Shown in pieces: positions 58,413 to 64,000 of a DNA stretch of 64,000 nucleotides. How positions within the stretch are numbered: the stretch's first letter is position 1; each line of letters begins with the position of its first letter. The notes beneath the pieces were generated by a model. It was not told the DNA's origin and did not search any database. It worked only from the letters and a program-made list of their open reading frames with translations. Source of the stretch: Tubulanus polymorphus (lineage: Eukaryota; Animalia; Nemertea); the NCBI RefSeq assembly GCF_964204645.1, contig NC_134028.1, positions 3,410,001 to 3,474,000 on the forward strand. Direction: 5' to 3'. The position numbers and the translations under genes are program-made.

Positions 58413-60949
58413 TCTCAGAGATCGAGGCTCAGGTACCTCATTGAACACAAACACACCGTACACAAATAGGTTAGGTGTAAATTTTTCCTTTTTTAATTGA
58501 ACCGATTATTGTCTCATTTTCAATTTCTGCTTCATCTATAAACCGAAATAACGAAATGGCGACTTGATCACTACCCGCTGTTTAAACATCCAGTCCAACC
58601 ACCATTCATACCTTTTAGCAATATTTACTCTTTAATCACACGCTGGCTAGTACACGTACCTCGGCCACAAGCGTTAAATAGAAGATCCGAAAAAATATCC
58701 ATTTGTACATCATGTACACACAATGCTCGCCGGTATGAAATTCATCCTATTATCGTTTTTCGTGTTCCGGGGGGTTTTATCAATAACCAAACCCTACCTA
58801 GAATGAATCGTTTATCGCGCATATCGTGTATCTCGCAAATTAACCGGTGCAGACCCTGTTTTCCCCTTCACGTCCCCCTCTTCTTGTCCGTCGGCGATGG
58901 AATAAAATTGAAACACGCGAATAACGATCGTTAAGAGGCCTAAACCAGATACGTCGTATTCTCTTCAACCATCGTTCGCAAACGATACAAGAAAAAAACG
59001 ATGTTGCGCATTCGATTGTTCGTAAAATAGGGAAAGTTTTCCAATTCTCGAAAACTCGAATGCATTTTCCTCATCAATGATTTCAGTTCGATACAAAACG
59101 AAAATACGGATTACCTAAAACCACCATTTCATTTATATTTACAGTACAGAACTACACGCATCGCGTGACCAGAATAAATGGATCCGGGAAACTGTTCGCT
59201 TGAAAAAAATGATTATTTTCAGCAATTAAATGCCAGATTTTTCCTGGCTGCATTTTTCGAAGCAGCTTTTGCCGATGACAGTTGATAACCAATGTTACCA
59301 AGTTCATTGACGTATCAAATACAAAGTGAATGTATTTACGCGAATAGAGATACAGTTTATGTAAGGTGAGGTAATAAGTTTGCTCTGTGCCTTTGATGAT
59401 GGTTTAAAGTCGGTAAAACACAATATTTACGACTCTTGTTTCAGACGTAAATACGTGTTAGACTTTCTATCGAGTATAAATAACGCAATTTTGTATTTCT
59501 AGAAATCCCAAAAAGGCGAAGAATCACTAACGCCATCAACCGCTTGGACGATCATTTAGTTGGAATAGATTCCACTAATTAAAGTTCTCCGACGTTTCAG
59601 CGAATTTAACTTTAAATGAAGATAAAACTTTAAACTGTTAAGTTCTACTGGTTCGATGCAAATAAAAAATCGCTCATCGGATTACTGCAGCACAGCAGTT
59701 CTAGTCAGTTATATCCACGAATTTTCAACAAGGCTACAATGATAACATTGTTCCTACGTAATCTCGAGACTCGTGTAAATACAGTTGCATCCGCGAAATA
59801 GTACTGGAACTAAGTAACGCTACATAGAATGCGTCGTAATAAAATATTTAGAGAAATTCGCCTACAGATTTTTCTGTTACTGTGAGGAATTCGACATCGC
59901 ATTTTGGAGCTACCGAGCATAATTTTGCAAACTCGAAGGATCTTTTATTCGAATTACCATTTGAATATCCACCTATGCAACATACCGAAACTCTATTAAT
60001 GGCGTTTCTTTAAAGGGAAAATAATTGGATTTTGGTAAATTTTCATTTTAATGGGACAATCTGCATGTCCTTGTGAAATTAATTGCTCGTCATTTCCGCC
60101 GCATCTGTTTGAGAGAAGCTGGTGCCCTTATGGCATAGTGTTCGCGATAAACTGGTCATTGTTTATTGATAAACAGCCATCATGACGAACATTCCGTCTT
60201 CTGTAAACCTCAATATCCATCGCGTTCAATACTCGTTACACGTATCCAGCTAATGAACGACTAATCATTGGAAACTGTGGCGAATACTAGACTTAATCAC
60301 GCCTCGCACAGACGACTCAAATATATATGAAATAGTCGCACAATAAAAGAATTCTGTGCGATACAATTCATCAAAATGAGACCACAACGTTTTGGTTGCA
60401 GACTAACAGCCGTCACCAGGTGCCATGACCAGAAACAGAATGACCACAATGAACGCAGCATAGAAGCTCTGTGCTGATAACAAAACTATCTAGAATGAAT
60501 TTCATCGCATGAAATTCAATTGTGAGATTTTTCGTTTATTTACAGTTGACAAGAATTAGACTGTTTTATTCTACTCTGACTCAAATATATTGCAAGTTTC
60601 TATTCGTGTGACTCGTAAACACCAAAGCAAATTTCGAACTGAGTTGTGATTGTATATCAATTAACGAATGTCGGACGTTAAAACTTGTCCATTTTCCGGA
60701 AGCCGCTGGGAATATTTTTACGAACCAGGATATCATAACATAAATATCCGCATCGGATACTGTATAGATAATAAGATTGGAAAGGTTCCTCGAGTAGATT
60801 TTGAAATCTGCCGTTGTAGTGTTTTAATGAGAATCGAGTCAAATATACGCATATTTTATAACACACGTACTATTTGACGCAAATGATTAATTGACAGAGT
60901 TCTCACTCCCAGGCAAAAATTCTGAGATGATCAATTTTAGCGAAAGTGG

Positions 60950-61360
60950 CATCAAATGACGTCTGGTGATGTAAGGGACGTATGGATGGCCTCTTGGGGG
61001 TCGTCACAAAGTGCCTCTTAAACTTTCGCAGAATTGTATGGTCTGGTATTATATTCCGAGGCAATATTCAGCGCCTGAAGGGCTGTTCTGTAGCATCATC
61101 GACGACTAGTCAAAGTATCTAAGAGGCCATTATTGAGAAAAAATACCCGAAATTGACAGATACATCAAACCACAACAACATTAAGAGTCTAACAATTCGC
61201 TGCATCTTGGAATTTAGACCTCAGTATTGATGGTCATCGATTAAAGGGTTTTTGTGGAAGAATATAAAGGAGAAGTAGAAGGGGAACCACTGACACTCTG
61301 GGTGAAATATGTTAAGTAGGGACTGGAGCTGAGAGTCGACGAGACAAGTCAAGTTCACAA
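60950..61360 (+). mobile_element. Highly degenerate LINE 3' fragment (RTE-like)
   Basis: Broken translation ..RRSRRGT/GEP..LWVKYVK*GLEL resembles the RTE C-terminal GxRxRGxPxxxW motif; many stops and frameshifts. Confidence 0.3.
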
Positions 61361-62000
61361 GCGTTTTCTAAATAAACCAGGCATTTCAAAAGCACCTTCC
61401 TGTAATCTACCCATCTCTATTCACGGGCGCCTCTGATAATCGACCAATTGTTTCCTATGACCGCCTTGCGTCATTAAGCGACATTATCAGCCCGTCAAGA
61501 GCGCCTTTATAGCTGTTTATAGAGACGTTTTCTGGCGTCAAGTACCATAGATACCATTTCACTTGTGGCTGAGATTACGTCCATCTGCGGAGGACTGAGG
61601 AGAAGGCAGACAGAATGATCGCAAAAAAGAAATGGCCTCTTCGAATGCTGTATGCTCATTTTTAAGCAATTTCCTTTCTTTCCGCTTCGCACGGATTTCA
61701 AAAGAGTACAGAACACAAGTTCGCGAATGCTCGACCCTATGTAATCGCGTGACAGTGATACCATTAACTTTGCACTCAGATGATATGTCGAACCCGCGAA
61801 GCTGCCATGCTCAATTCACTCACTCTCTTTGGTTTTTCTGTCCAAAACCGTGGCCTGGATAGTGCTCAAACTTCACGATGATGCATTAGGCAATTCAATA
61901 AGGTTGGGTTTTTGCTGTCGACGATACATCCAGGGACGAATAGCAATCTGACCCCGTTACACTATAACTCGAAGGTAACATCATTCTGCTAGGTCTCTCG

Positions 62001-62023
62001 CGATGCCATGAGGTTCGAATCCC
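62001..62023 (+). repeat. Fragment of the same B-box repeat family as 16163-16185
   Basis: CGATGCCATGAGGTTCGAATCCC, 22/23 identical to CGATGCCATCAGGTTCGAATCCC. Confidence 0.6.
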
Positions 62024-63402
62024 AACTTATAAAATGAAGAATAAATTCTCTGTTCTTCAAGCTGTTAATCAATTCTTTATTTGTTATAATTGTCAAAAAT
62101 TGTTAAAAGTTATTCCTCCATCTCTATAAATGTTAATTATGTTTGTTATTTGTCATAAGTTTATTCTAAATGAAATAAAGTTTGATAATACATATTCAAT
62201 GTATGTCGAGTTTTAAGTGGCTTTTCGTGAACGTAAAGCCAATTCGGCGCCAAACGTATTGTCGTAAAAAAGTGCACACGTAACGTTCTAGTAAACGATC
62301 CGATCCGTTCAGGCGGCCGATAGATTAATCAAAAAGGCTCGAAACTCGAACCGTACGTCGATAGGGAGAGATTAAAACCCGAGAGCCGAGGTATTGCTCG
62401 ATCTGCTGCAGTATTCACATCATTGATGAGATGGAATTGACTGACTGGCAACGCTATTAACCTTTGCGTTGAGTTAGTCAATAAACCGGATGAAAATTCG
62501 TTATCTTCCCAAAGCATCGCTGCTGCGCGCGAGCTTATACCTAGCTGAATTGCGAGTAATCGTCGGTTTCTGGTCGCTTCCACGCGTAAAACCGACGGTT
62601 GGATATTGTCGGAATCTCTGAGAACTCGCCAGAAATCCCAGATTATTCTTTCACAAGTTCGACCGTTTATTATTCAGAACAGGTTCGATTTTAAGTGGCT
62701 TCGATCGACAGTTTTGCGAGCGTCGTCAAACAATTTGCGTAACGGAATCTTGCGATCAATTTTACCACAAATCCACTCGTGAAATTCTGAAGATGAAGCG
62801 TCTTGTCGACAGTGATCTACATCTCGGTTCCAGTAATTAAGATTTTAAGAATAATGAAAGCGTTGATCATACAGTTTTGCCGGTCGTCGTTTTACGGCGA
62901 GCGGGCGAAGCGAAGAATTTAATCAGTCGTGATTTACGACCGATTTCTTATTAGCGTCCGGACACGTTACGACAACGATCGTTGCCGATGGTATCACGTG
63001 GCGTGAACTATAACGCGATAAATTCTCATCTGAGTCGGCCCCGGCTGTCGCCTCGTTTGACAGCGACAAACGCCCCGTAGGACGCGCCGTACGAAATCAA
63101 CAACTCGACGGCACGTTAGCGCCTTCGTAAATATCAATTTGAAGCCGAAAATAATCGTTTCGTCGGCCGTTTCGTTTCCGACCGCCGACATTCACAGTTT
63201 GATCGTGAAATATATACTCGCATCGGGTTGATGCAATTTTATGTTCGTTGATTAGAACGTGTAACCCTCGTTAAATATTCAGAATCTACTAAATGTCTAA
63301 TACGTCATCGTCACGAACGCCAAATCAGATCTCGGGCATTAAACAGCAATTCGACTGTTTCAAAGAAATCACGATTGGTAGAACACTATATCCGTGTTGA
63401 CG

Positions 63403-63612
63403 CGATGAGGAGAGAATCCCACAATGATAATAAAAAGTCCGAAAATGAAACTTCGAGATAGTAGTTTATTTCAACGTTTCGACTATATCCTAATAATCCT
63501 AATTATTCCTGAAGATGATTATTAGGATATAGTCGAAACGTTGAAATAAACTACTATCTCGAAGTTTCATTTTCGGACTTTTTATTATCATTGTGGGATT
63601 CTCTCCTCATCG
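63403..63612. mobile_element. Perfect 96-bp-arm palindrome, probable Penelope-like element pseudo-LTR inversion with minimal hammerhead motif
   Basis: Arms 63403-63498 / 63517-63612 with an 18-nt spacer; + strand CTGAAGA-T-GATTAT(TAGGAT)ATAGTC-GAAAC-GTT-GAAATAAA at 63509-63550. Confidence 0.72.
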
Positions 63613-64000
63613 TTTCAAAGAAAACCTCGATTTCCATGAAGCGTCTCTGGGGGTCAGCGAACTATAGTGGACAAAAGCAGTATATAATATATATGTCACG
63701 ATAATGAGCGGAATCCTGAGGCGAAGACTTGCGAGCGCTGCTTTAAATCTTATTAACACAAAATACGCGTAAATTCCGGATTTATTGCCTAATAAACTCC
63801 GCTGTTTATCAGCGCAACCAATTATACTGAATCCTGGTGAAATTACATATGTCGGCGGGATGCGTATCGGTGGTGCCGTTTAGTATTCCGGGCTCTCGCA
63901 TTTATTATACGAAGCCAGACTCGGATGAAAGACGACGCAACTTGCTGTCTAAATGAACTCATAAAACATCCGTTAACCGAAGCAGCGCTGTATAATAAAG

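Overview
Animal genomic DNA, probably a protostome/lophotrochozoan invertebrate (inferred from gene content and small GT-AG introns). Host genes: a single-exon RASD/Rhes-like small GTPase (19149-20051 +), an intronless rhodopsin-class orphan peptide GPCR (29386-30372 +), a 16-coding-exon NMDA receptor GluN2-type subunit (41651-33071 -, 1119 aa as assembled by hand) and one tRNA-Pro(CGG). Mobile DNA: (i) a complete 9,475-bp animal EnSpm/CACTA (CMC) transposon (6109-15583; 12-bp TIRs, TA TSD) with an intact zinc-finger DDE transposase and a second spliced gene that may share its first exon; (ii) a 344-bp element made almost entirely of TIRs, with AG...CT ends and a 6-bp TSD (Polinton/Maverick-like signature), nested in a Harbinger-type MITE whose uninterrupted paralogue in this window shows the empty site; (iii) a 210-bp palindrome with a minimal hammerhead-like core (Penelope-like); (iv) several MITEs, SINE heads and LINE relics. 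All coordinates and splice models were read by eye and no searches were run.
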